Below, in pieces: positions 22,301 through 29,447 of a stretch of DNA of 64,000 nt. Source of the DNA: Candidatus Hydrogenedentota bacterium (GTDB taxonomy: Bacteria; Hydrogenedentota; Hydrogenedentia; Hydrogenedentales; SLHB01); assembly GCA_034408725.1 (NCBI GenBank), contig JAWXCN010000032.1:20453-84452 (forward strand), given 5' to 3'. Made by a program: the position numbers and the translations under genes. The first letter of the stretch is position 1, and every line of letters begins with the position of its first letter. The notes beneath the pieces are model-generated. The model was given only the letters and a program-made list of their open reading frames with translations, searched no databases and was not told the DNA's origin.

Positions 22301-23129
22301 TGATCAACCCATCTACGGTTTGCAAGACCCTGCGCTGAATCCGCTGTTCGACCCGCACACGACAATGGAATCGTTGTGCGCGGAACAGGCGAAAGCGATC
22401 CGCAAGATTCAACCGAATGGACCGTATTACCTTGGTGGTTGGTCGTTCGGCGGCGCGGTCGCGTTCGAGACGGCGCAGCAGTTGATGGCGGCGGGCGAAC
22501 AGGTCGCCTATCTCGGAATTATCGATACGGAGGCCCGCATCGAAAAGCATCGCGCGAAAACCTGGAAGGATCGGCTGAGGTTGGCCGGAGGCCAGCTCAA
22601 GATGTCGTTTAAGGTCATCGGACATTGGGGGCCTTATGCGAAGGATTTCATTTATATTATTCTTCCGTCCGCATTGAAGAAAAAGGACAAGGCGGGTGAG
22701 CCGTCGTTGTGGGAGTACATCACGTTTGCATGGGCGGACGCGATTCGCCACACGCTGGTGAAGCGCGCGGACATTGCGAACGTGGTTACGCGTGACAGCC
22801 GGGTGTTGTTGGTGAAGCAACCCGCGACTCGCCGCACCCTGAAAGTATTGAAGGCGAATTTACGCGCATTGCTTGCGTATAAACTCAAGCCGTATCCGGG
22901 AACCATCACGCTCTTGCGCGCCGAGGACCAGACAATCATGCACAAGCTCCACGAGGACTGGACCCTTGGTTGGGGAGACCTGGCACAGGGCGGATTGGAC
23001 GTCGTCGAAGTTCCGGGCAATCACGCTGTGCTGTTAAGCCCGCCTTATATCGAGCGTGTGGGCGAAGTGCTGCGCGAGGGCATCGACAAGGCAATGGCCA
23101 AGTACGGCGCAACTCCGGACACCGAATAG
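16365..23129 (+). CDS. Type I PKS, ACP-KS-AT-KR-ACP-sulfotransferase-TE (Ols/CurM-like domain order)
   Basis: ACP1 'LGVASRDA'; KS 'DTACSSSL', 'EAHGTGT', 'KTNIGHLE'; AT 'GHSVGE' and 'HAFHS' (malonyl type); KR 'GGLGGLG', 'HAAGVIDD', 'YAAGN'; ACP2 'LGLDSIM'; ST 'FLLSAPRSGSTLSRVMLAGH...PPELH', 'DKSPSY', 'GDPNF' (about 21300-22080); TE 'GWSFGG...PGNH'; TTG start. Confidence 0.95.
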   Translation: MQSKEAIQAWIIAHLSEETGIDAREIDPNAAFDDLGVASRDAVTLSGDLEDWLGRTLSPTLLWDHPSIAALAEHLAGGAPLAGSATAHVLVAEVHEPIAIIGIGLKVPGASSPSEFWSMLIEGRDAIGAVPADRWDNAAYYDPNPGTAGKMYTERGGFLDRVDLFDADFFGIPPREAARMDPQQRLLIEAAWEALEDAGIAPPSLAGSDTSVFVGISSSDYAQLQMSDPSLVDAYAGTGNAHSLAANRISYFLDLRGPSVAIDTACSSSLVAVHQAVGSLRKGESSIALAGGVNVLLSPEVNMVFSHARMMAPDGRCKTFDATADGYVRGEGCGVVVLKRLSRAVADGDSIYAVIRGTAINHDGRSNGITAPNGLAQQDVIRRALADAGLQSTDVGYVEAHGTGTSLGDPIEVESLKAVLLPSRDANAPVVLGALKTNIGHLEAAAGIVGLIKTALVLDKGVIPATLHVREVNPLIQLDGTPMRIAVEQEPWPRGARPRIAGVSSFGFGGANAHAVLEEAPETANKKPAHEDRPQHVLALSAKTESALRTLAGSYANELNTHPGSFPDFCYTANIGRSGLENRASILGSNAADAVAALREIAQGETPKPVVAGTAPRGASTPVAFLFTGQGSQFVQMGRGLYESNPVFRRVMQECDEVLGTRLDKPLLDIIYPREGETSPLDETAYTQPALFAIEYALSEVWRSWGVTPACVMGHSVGEYVAACVAGVFTFEDGLKLITERARLMGAMPPGGTMAAVLIDAETVKLGLAEHAGAVTIAAVNGPANTVISGAEELVDAICAQFKAQGIKSVKLAVSHAFHSPLMDPMLEPFEKFAAGFTFKPPRIPLVSNLIGQIPAADFAFDAAYWRKHLREAVQFHAGIQSMVSRGYTTFVEAGPQATLSSMAARCVEKDAAAWLPSLAKGQDDWHVILRSLQTLYVKGASINWKSFDAPYSRARVPIPTYPFERKRHWLDVNAQVAGAPVKKTHPMPTRLPSKDMGDWLYHVRWIEQPRQPATTATPTHWILLADTKGVADALAQRIRARGGRAVLVRHGASYIATGSDEVILDPASDIQFDQLWNEFGTGCGRVVHLWSLDAPALEEATLAALHRAHVLGCGAALHLIQSITASGEQSGRNAASHPRRLLWCITRGAQVVAASTAGVQAAQAPLWGFGRSAALENAALWGGMIDLDPLADANDIEALLFELDAPDAENQMALRGGARYVARFARIKDALPTNGIGHIKCREDATYVVTGGLGGLGLQVAKWLGDRGAKHIVLFGRTPLPSRDQWETLSDDARERVDAVQALEARGVAVRCEPVDVSDETALQSFIDAHARNGMPAIRGIVHAAGVIDDHTVNELSMDSLTAVMRPKVDGTMLLHRHFGGHGNGSGDPLDFFVMFSSVASVMGSPGQANYAAGNAFMDALAHHRRAQGRTALSINWGPWAEVGIASRGDIQKRLSMQGIGCIQPEDGIAALDSLLSADAEQVGVLQADWDKLVTRAPGIAESPLFAELLNGHAKRAEAAPGKPLGRGVASDVEAIEALLRRQVAQILYRDEEEISVDRNFGELGLDSIMLMELVNSVERDIGVRLFPKELFDRPTIAALAPYLVGEVAKYEARVEGKAPSTGAGVRVALPAVRLKKIGPAVRNKPIAFLLSAPRSGSTLSRVMLAGHKDLFCPPELHFLQCNSMGEWREGIGATYISEGLQRALMELHNLDADAARVMYEQWVREDWPVEKAYAAIQEAAGPRLLIDKSPSYGTDIEVLEHAERLFDGPKYIHLVRHPYSVIESFMRNRFEKILGDTDAEPMALAEEVWTLMNANISDFLSTIDDKRKCLVHYEDIVAKPEETMQRLCEFLDVPYDPAVIKPYEGERMTDGIHNKSMGIGDPNFLKHKEIDPSLGEVWKRIRLPRKLGGFARRVAAELEYVLPVETPGSINADLGISSTVPHVVAIQPKGDRPPFFCCAPAGGMTYMYFHLPRYLGDDQPIYGLQDPALNPLFDPHTTMESLCAEQAKAIRKIQPNGPYYLGGWSFGGAVAFETAQQLMAAGEQVAYLGIIDTEARIEKHRAKTWKDRLRLAGGQLKMSFKVIGHWGPYAKDFIYIILPSALKKKDKAGEPSLWEYITFAWADAIRHTLVKRADIANVVTRDSRVLLVKQPATRRTLKVLKANLRALLAYKLKPYPGTITLLRAEDQTIMHKLHEDWTLGWGDLAQGGLDVVEVPGNHAVLLSPPYIERVGEVLREGIDKAMAKYGATPDTE

Positions 23130-23144
23130 GCGCGCGCCGGCCGC

Positions 23145-24065
23145 ATGATTCCACACCTGTTTGCGCTGCACCCCGCAGGTTCAAAACTGCCTTTTTTTCT
23201 TTGCGCCCCGGCCGGGGGCGTTTTGTTTCCGTGCTACAACGTGCTGAATTATTGGGACGTGGAACGTCCTTTTTACGCGTTGCAGGATCCCAGTCTGAAC
23301 AAGGATACGCCTTTATTTCAGACGGTCGCGGAACTGGCGCGCGCGAATCTTGATGTGCTGAAATCGTTTCAGCCGGAAGGGCCGTATTTGATCGGGGGCT
23401 GGTCTTTTGGGGCGATGGTGGCATTGGAAATGGCGCATATACTGAGCGCCGCGGGCGAAGAAGTTGAACTCATCGTGCTCGACATGCGCGTGAACGGTCC
23501 GGGGCGCGAATCACCGCTTGCGAACCTAACGCCGATTCAGAAGGCCGTGGTGATTCCCCGGCTTATCGTGGCGGTGTTTAGCCATACGGGACCCTATTTC
23601 CGTGACGGTTTCTATGTACTGTTTGGCGACATGATTCGCCGCGGATCGAAAGCGTCACCGTTGCTGACGTTGATCATGAAGCTGATGGGCCGAGCGCCGA
23701 TTGCGGACATCATCGAGCAGCGACCGCATCTCGATGGCATTCAGCCGCCGGGCCTGTTCAGGTGTCTGCGCGTGCTTGGCGCGAACATGCGGGCGTTTCG
23801 CAACTATGTGCCGAAACCGTTGGATATTCATGGCGCGTTGATCAAGGCCAGTGACAGCGCGTCGCTCGGGTTGCACGACCCGGATCCCGCAATGGGTTGG
23901 ACGAGCATCACGACAAGCGGGTTGGATATTTATGACACGCCGGGCAACCATGTGACGCTGATGCTGGAACCGGCGCTTGGGGTCGTGGGGAAGTGCTTGA
24001 ATGACGCGCTCGAAAACGCCGAACAACGGTTGTTGATGCCTGACACACTGACCGGCACGGACTAA
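23145..24065 (+). CDS. Stand-alone thioesterase, paralogous to the PKS C-terminal TE
   Basis: 'PFFLCAPAGG', 'YALQDPSLN', 'GPYLIGGWSFGA', 'PGNH'. Confidence 0.9.
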   Translation: MIPHLFALHPAGSKLPFFLCAPAGGVLFPCYNVLNYWDVERPFYALQDPSLNKDTPLFQTVAELARANLDVLKSFQPEGPYLIGGWSFGAMVALEMAHILSAAGEEVELIVLDMRVNGPGRESPLANLTPIQKAVVIPRLIVAVFSHTGPYFRDGFYVLFGDMIRRGSKASPLLTLIMKLMGRAPIADIIEQRPHLDGIQPPGLFRCLRVLGANMRAFRNYVPKPLDIHGALIKASDSASLGLHDPDPAMGWTSITTSGLDIYDTPGNHVTLMLEPALGVVGKCLNDALENAEQRLLMPDTLTGTD

Positions 24066-24086
24066 CACAGACCGCTGTGTTGTTGG

Positions 24087-24839
24087 GTGAGGGTGGAGGA
24101 AACGGTGATGTGGGAAAGCCCTCAACAATTTCCCGAATTGCGCGCGGGTGACGTCCATGTCTGGAAGATACCGCTTAACCAAACCCCGGCTGTGATCTGC
24201 GCGCTTTCGCGCGCCCTTGCCTCCGACGAACGCGAGCGGGCGGCGCGATTCCATTTTGAAAAAGGCCGACAGCAGTACATTGTTTCGCGCGGGGCGTTGC
24301 GAGAATTGCTGGGCGGATACCTGGGTGAAAGCGCGGCAGCGATTCGTTTTGATTATTCACCGCGCGGCAAGCCTGGACTCGACACAGCGCACGCAAGCGA
24401 TATTGCCTTTAATCTGACGCATTCGGGAGCGCTGGCGTTGGCGGCGTTCGCGCGCGGGGCGCGGGTTGGCGTGGACATTGAGCGTATGCGGGACGAATTC
24501 GATAGCCAACGCATCGCGGACAGGTTTTTCACGCCGGAGGAGTCCGCGGCGTTGCGCGGCGCGGATGAATCGGAACGGCTATTGCGCTTCGCGGAGCAGT
24601 GGACCCGGAAAGAGTCATTTATCAAGGCGCGTGGCGAGGGCTTGTCGTTTCCGCTGGATGCGTTTTCGATTCTGCTCGAGGGGGAGGAACTTGCGCTGCG
24701 CATTGCGCAGAGTCCAGTGGAAGCGGGGAGGTGGACGGTGCGCGATCTGGAAATTGATGAAGGGTATGCGGCGGCGTTGTGTGTTGAAGCGCGGGGGAGT
24801 GGGATGCGCGGGTTTGTTTGGGAGGGGATAGAGACCTGA
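24087..24839 (+). CDS. Sfp-type 4'-phosphopantetheinyl transferase
   Basis: 'RGKP', 'FNLTHSG', 'VGVDIE', 'WTRKESFIKARGEGL'. Confidence 0.93.
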   Translation: MRVEETVMWESPQQFPELRAGDVHVWKIPLNQTPAVICALSRALASDERERAARFHFEKGRQQYIVSRGALRELLGGYLGESAAAIRFDYSPRGKPGLDTAHASDIAFNLTHSGALALAAFARGARVGVDIERMRDEFDSQRIADRFFTPEESAALRGADESERLLRFAEQWTRKESFIKARGEGLSFPLDAFSILLEGEELALRIAQSPVEAGRWTVRDLEIDEGYAAALCVEARGSGMRGFVWEGIET

Positions 24840-24864
24840 GGAAGGTTGGTGTGGCGCGGGGGGA

Positions 24865-24914
24865 TGGAGACCTGTCGGTCGTGGGAGTGGCGCGGTCGGG
24901 AGACCGGCCACAAC
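24865..24914 (+). repeat. REP-like element, family A, copy 2
   Basis: TGGAGACCTGTCGGTCGTGGGAGTGGCGCGGTCGGGAGACCGGCCACAAC. Confidence 0.85.
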
Positions 24915-24936
24915 AAAAGGAGGGAACCTGCCACAA

Positions 24937-24982
24937 CGTGCTCGTGCTCGTGCTCGTAATCGTAATCGTAATCGTAATCGTA
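24937..24982. repeat. Compound hexamer microsatellite (CGTGCT)3(CGTAAT)4
   Basis: Read directly; reverse complement of the tract type at 35777. Confidence 0.9.
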
Positions 24983-25122
24983 TGTCGTTGGCTCGATTGC
25001 GATGACAATTACGAAGAAGAAAATTCTGAATTCAATTGCGATCCTCCTACGCCCTCCGAAGCGGCAGGGCTGCGAAGGACGGTTTGCGATTACGGGTTGG
25101 GGGTGGTCGACGGGACTGAAGG

Positions 25123-25527
25123 TTATGGATTTGGCCAAACCCACGTCGTGCGGGTTGCGACTTCAAGATCGTTTCCAGCGGGATCGCGGAAATAGATCGA
25201 ATGACCGCCGCTTGGCCAGTCTACTTCCGATTCTATTGCGACGCCATTGCCCAATAGATGTTTGCGCCAAGCGTCCACTTCGTCGTCGCCAATTTCGAAG
25301 GCGGCGTGTCCCGCGCCACGCGCGCCATGTCCTCCGAAGGGCGAATCCGGGTCGCTGGTTGATTCCGGATTAAACAAAAGAAACATCGTTGTGCCGCAAC
25401 GGAAAAAGACGTGGCGGCCTTCCTGTTTTGCATAAAAATCGAGACCGATCATGTCCCGGTAAAATCGGTCGGCGGCTTCGAGGTTATCGACATAGAGGCA
25501 GGTTTCGAGAATGCGCGTCGCTTTCAT
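25123..25527 (-). CDS. VOC / glyoxalase family protein
   Basis: 'ILETCLYVDNL', 'GHAAF', 'SIYFRDPAGNDLE'. Confidence 0.9.
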   Translation of the reverse strand: MKATRILETCLYVDNLEAADRFYRDMIGLDFYAKQEGRHVFFRCGTTMFLLFNPESTSDPDSPFGGHGARGAGHAAFEIGDDEVDAWRKHLLGNGVAIESEVDWPSGGHSIYFRDPAGNDLEVATRTTWVWPNP

Positions 25528-26045
25528 GGTCCGACTTCCTTTTGAATCTCCAGCGCCGGACGACAAAGTTTATCGAAAATCGCCGGTTCCACTGATTGCA
25601 GTCTCGAACCTTGAGGTTTTCCTTCGCGCGTCGTGAGATATAGTGCTTCGCCATTTATCGAAAAGGCGCTAAGTTTACCGTCGGTTTCGATAAGCAATTC
25701 CGCAGAGCCGTAGAACCCTGATATATCCCTTTGAGATCTAACCGATATCCTTGCTGGTGTTGGGACTGGATCGCCTATATAGCGCCGACTGTAGTAAAGA
25801 ATGCGATTGCTATTGAGTGTGCAGATGCTATCAGGTTCTCGCGAAAACAGCACTACAATTTCCGCTTCAGTCATACCCAACATTAAGCGCTGGTAACTTG
25901 CGTGGAACGCTCTTACGTCTCTGAGCATCCACGGAAAGTGAAGGATTGGAAGACCGGCAATTAGAAGGACGATGAGTAGGGAGGATACTAGAATCCCGCG
26001 CCGTGATAGCCGCTTGTTCAGGATCCTAATCAATCTTTTTATCAC
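25524..26045 (-). CDS. Hypothetical membrane-anchored protein (lower GC than neighbours)
   Basis: One N-terminal TM; 'LMLGMTEAEIV' resembles a BamE/SmpA-type motif; 4-nt overlaps with both neighbours. Confidence 0.6.
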   Translation of the reverse strand: MIKRLIRILNKRLSRRGILVSSLLIVLLIAGLPILHFPWMLRDVRAFHASYQRLMLGMTEAEIVVLFSREPDSICTLNSNRILYYSRRYIGDPVPTPARISVRSQRDISGFYGSAELLIETDGKLSAFSINGEALYLTTREGKPQGSRLQSVEPAIFDKLCRPALEIQKEVGP

Positions 26046-26866
26046 GGAAACAAATATTCCATCAACGCTTCATGCTCGCCGAAGTCAGGCACCAGTATAT
26101 CCGCGCCGGCGCGTGTGAGGCGCTCGCGTTTTTCTTCGCTCCAGCCGTGGCCGCGTTCTTCGTCGGAGCAGACGCCGACGGATACGCAGCCGTGTTCACG
26201 CGCAAGCCGGATTTCGACCGGGCCATCGCCGACTACCAGTACTTCGGAACCGTGGAGGTCGTGGTTGGCGATGATCTGTTTGATGATCATCTCCTTGTTG
26301 CTTTCCTGGTACGTGCGCATCGCGCCCCAGATTTCGGAGAAGTGCGGCGCCACCCCGACGAGCGCGGATTCGTTGCGCACGTCGTCGCGGTCGGTGCCGC
26401 TGAAGATGTACATTTGCAGACCGCGCGCGGCGAGTGCGCTGACGAACTCGATCGAGCCGCGAACGGTGACTTGTTCGAGCGGTAGCGTGCCCGCGCGGAG
26501 TTGGGCGATGCGTTCGCTGACGCGCACCATGAGCCGGTCATTGTAAATCTGCTTGTATCCGTGCGCATCAAGGATTTTGCCGCTGGGTACTAGGCCGTAA
26601 TCCCGCACCATTTTCACCAGGTGTTCCATCTGTAAGATGGTGTTGATGCCTGTGGATTCATCGATATAGTCTGCGCAGGCCTTTTCAATTTCAGGCGTGG
26701 GTTGCGCATCGCCGCAGATCATTTCGATCATGAGCGGGCCCATCACCTGTTGCCAGCCTTCACGCAACAGACTCACGGTGCCGTCGAAATCGAACAGCGC
26801 GTACTTGAAGCGTCCACGTTCCGTTTCGCGAATGACCTGGATATTCTTAATTGTCAGCGTTGCCAT
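26042..26866 (-). CDS. HAD family hydrolase
   Basis: 'LFDFDGTVSL', 'FSGTD', 'VVGDGPVEI'. Confidence 0.88.
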   Translation of the reverse strand: MATLTIKNIQVIRETERGRFKYALFDFDGTVSLLREGWQQVMGPLMIEMICGDAQPTPEIEKACADYIDESTGINTILQMEHLVKMVRDYGLVPSGKILDAHGYKQIYNDRLMVRVSERIAQLRAGTLPLEQVTVRGSIEFVSALAARGLQMYIFSGTDRDDVRNESALVGVAPHFSEIWGAMRTYQESNKEMIIKQIIANHDLHGSEVLVVGDGPVEIRLAREHGCVSVGVCSDEERGHGWSEEKRERLTRAGADILVPDFGEHEALMEYLFP

Positions 26867-26875
26867 GAAAAAAGA

Positions 26876-27397
26876 TTACTCCACCATGAATTCTACAAGT
26901 GAATGGACCTGATGCGGGGCGAGCCGTGCTCGCCCTTTTAATGGAGGCAACTCGACGACAAACGCGATCTCTTCGATATTGGCGCCGAGCCGCTCGACGA
27001 GGTTCACCACTGCGCGCATCGTCCCGCCAGTTGCGAGTAGATCATCGATCAAGACAACGCGGTCCCCGCTTTTAAGCGCGTCACGATGTATTTCGAGCGT
27101 CGCCGTGCCGTATTCCAACTCGAAGTCTTCCGAGATCGTATCGGCGGGAAGTTTGCCTTTTTTTCGCGCGAGCACCAGCGGCAAACCCATCGCGTAGGCG
27201 AGCGCGCCACCGAACACGAAGCCACGGGCATCCGCGCCGACGATTGCGGTAATCCCCTTCTGCTCATACCGCGTCTTCCAGCCATCTGTGATGTAGCGGA
27301 AAGCGTCGGGATTGAGCAGCAGCGTCGTGATGTCCTTAAACTGGATGCCGGGAATGGGAAAATCCGGCACGTTCCGGATTAGCGACGCCAAATCCAT
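26876..27397 (-). CDS. apt: Adenine phosphoribosyltransferase
   Basis: 'PDFPIPGIQFKDITTLL', 'ARKKGKLP', 'LEYG', 'VLIDDLLATGGT'. Confidence 0.97.
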   Translation of the reverse strand: MDLASLIRNVPDFPIPGIQFKDITTLLLNPDAFRYITDGWKTRYEQKGITAIVGADARGFVFGGALAYAMGLPLVLARKKGKLPADTISEDFELEYGTATLEIHRDALKSGDRVVLIDDLLATGGTMRAVVNLVERLGANIEEIAFVVELPPLKGRARLAPHQVHSLVEFMVE

Positions 27398-27418
27398 GGG
27401 CGAAAGTTCTCCTTCGTA

Positions 27419-28249
27419 TCAGCGGTCGAAATCGTCGCTGCGCTCGACGACGAACTTGCGCAGCCGCTTCATGACATCATTTTCAATCTGGCGGATGCGT
27501 TCTCGCGTGAGATTGAAATACCGGCCCGTTTGCTCGAGGGTGTGCGCATGACCGTCGGTGAGGCCATAACGATACTTCACGATATTCTGTTCGCGCGTAT
27601 TCAGTTGTTTCATAATTTCTTCGAGTTGCTGATCGAGTTCGATCTGCGCGATGGCCTCATTCACCTGGCGGGGTTCGATGATCTCCGGGATGCCGTGGCC
27701 TTCGTCGTCGTCCATGTATTCGGGGTTGCCCAGCGGGGACACCTCGTCGACGAACGATTGCAATTTGAGCGCTTCGGCTTTCTTGATGCCCATCGCCTCG
27801 GCGACTTCTTCCGGGTCGGGTCTGCGGCCGTTCTTGATGTAAAACTCTTCCGAGGTTTTCTTGTATCGGGAAATGTTGTCGGTAACGTAGACCGGAATGC
27901 GCACGGTGCGCCCGTAGTTTGAAAGCGCGCGGGTGACGGCCTGGCGAATCCACCACGTGGCGTATGTCGAGAACTTGCAGCCGCGCGTCCAATCGAAGCG
28001 GTCTACCGCTTTCATGAGGCCGATGTTGCCTTCCTCGATCAAGTCCTGGAGTGGCAGGCCGAAGTAGAGGTACTTTTTTGCAATGCTGACGACAAGGCGC
28101 AGATTCGAGACAATGAGTTTTCGCCGCGCTTCCCCGTCGTCCTTCTGCGCAAGCTGCGCAAGACGCACCTCCTCCGCGGAGGACAGCAGCGGGATGCGGG
28201 AAATTTCGGCGAGATAGGTGCTCAACCCGCTCTCACGTAGGTCTGACAT
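27419..28249 (-). CDS. RNA polymerase sigma-70 factor, RpoD/RpoS-like, lacking region 1.1
   Basis: 'YLAEISRIPLL', 'NLRLVVSIAKKY', 'DLIEEGNIGLMKAV', 'FSTYATWWIRQA', 'LTRERIRQIE'. Confidence 0.93.
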   Translation of the reverse strand: MSDLRESGLSTYLAEISRIPLLSSAEEVRLAQLAQKDDGEARRKLIVSNLRLVVSIAKKYLYFGLPLQDLIEEGNIGLMKAVDRFDWTRGCKFSTYATWWIRQAVTRALSNYGRTVRIPVYVTDNISRYKKTSEEFYIKNGRRPDPEEVAEAMGIKKAEALKLQSFVDEVSPLGNPEYMDDDEGHGIPEIIEPRQVNEAIAQIELDQQLEEIMKQLNTREQNIVKYRYGLTDGHAHTLEQTGRYFNLTRERIRQIENDVMKRLRKFVVERSDDFDR

Positions 28250-28511
28250 CCGCTCTCCTATGATAATGAAATTCCGCTGACGCGATACGCCCCCGAGCAC
28301 CTTGGGGAAATGCGTTCATCCCCGAAGACGAGCGCAGCCACCGTTGTCACGGGCCAATTCTAGCCGTCCATGCCGGGACGGTTCAACAAATACCCTACGG
28401 TATCGCCTGAAATTGCCGGTGTTCCGGCGCGCGCGGGAAAGTGAGTTGATTTGACAAAAGCGGATATGATTGCGCGAACGCGGGATACAACTAAGATTCG
28501 AGGGGTAAAAT

Positions 28512-29423
28512 ATGCGAATGCAGGCAGCGGTGATTTGTGCGGCCCTTTGTCTGGCTGGTGCGGCAAATGGAGAGGACGACATTTTTGATCGTGTCAAACA
28601 CGGGTACGCGGAAAACCAGGGAGTGAAAGTTCATTACGCGTCGCTGGGTGAAGGCCCGCTCGTAATTATGATCCACGGATTCCCCGACTTCTGGTATTCG
28701 TGGCGGAGCCAAATGGCCGCGCTTTCCGACCAGTTTACGCGCGTCGCAATGGACCTTCGCGGATACAACCTCAGCGATAAGCCTGCGGGCAATGAGAATT
28801 ACGCGATGCCGCATATCCTCGGCGACGTGGCCGCGGTGATCAAGGCCAACGGCGCGGAAAAGGCGACAGTCGTCGGCCACGATTGGGGCGGGGCGATTGC
28901 GTGGCAATTCGCAATGCACATGCCGCAGATGGTCGAGCGCTTGGTGATTTGCAATCTGCCGCACCCTCGCGGGTTCATGCGCGAGATGGCCAACAACCCG
29001 GAGCAGCAGAAGAACAGCGCGTACGCCCGCGGGTTTCAAAAGGAAGGCGCGGAAAAGGGATTGAGCGCGGAAGGCCTGGCGGGATTCGTCGCCAAGGGAG
29101 ATCCAGCGGTGACGGCGCGATACGTAGAGGCGTTCAAACAGTCCGACTTCACGGCGATGCTCGCTTACTACAAGGTCAACTATCCGCGCGAACCGTATCA
29201 GGAAGATTCGGGGCCGGTGATTCGCATCGCTGTTCCGGTGCTCGTGTTTCACGGGTTGAAAGACACCGCGCTCGGCGCGAAGGCATTGAACGATACGTGG
29301 GATTGGCTCGACGCAGACCTTACGCTGGTAACCGTGCCGAATGCCAACCATTGGGTACATCACGACGCGCCGGAGCTGGTGTCGAAGACAATGAAATTCT
29401 GGTTGGCGCGGGACGCGAAGTAA
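28512..29423 (+). CDS. Secreted alpha/beta hydrolase (epoxide-hydrolase-like)
   Basis: Signal peptide; 'HGFPD', 'DLRGYNLS', 'GHDWGG', 'HWVHHD'. Confidence 0.9.
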   Translation: MRMQAAVICAALCLAGAANGEDDIFDRVKHGYAENQGVKVHYASLGEGPLVIMIHGFPDFWYSWRSQMAALSDQFTRVAMDLRGYNLSDKPAGNENYAMPHILGDVAAVIKANGAEKATVVGHDWGGAIAWQFAMHMPQMVERLVICNLPHPRGFMREMANNPEQQKNSAYARGFQKEGAEKGLSAEGLAGFVAKGDPAVTARYVEAFKQSDFTAMLAYYKVNYPREPYQEDSGPVIRIAVPVLVFHGLKDTALGAKALNDTWDWLDADLTLVTVPNANHWVHHDAPELVSKTMKFWLARDAK

Positions 29424-29447
29424 CTCGAATCGAGGAATAGAAAAACG

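Noticed and set aside
24353-25195. ORFs containing YDYDYEHEHEH, ITITITSTST or VLVLVIVIV tracts
   Set aside because: Translations of the hexamer microsatellite, overlapping real genes; no start signals
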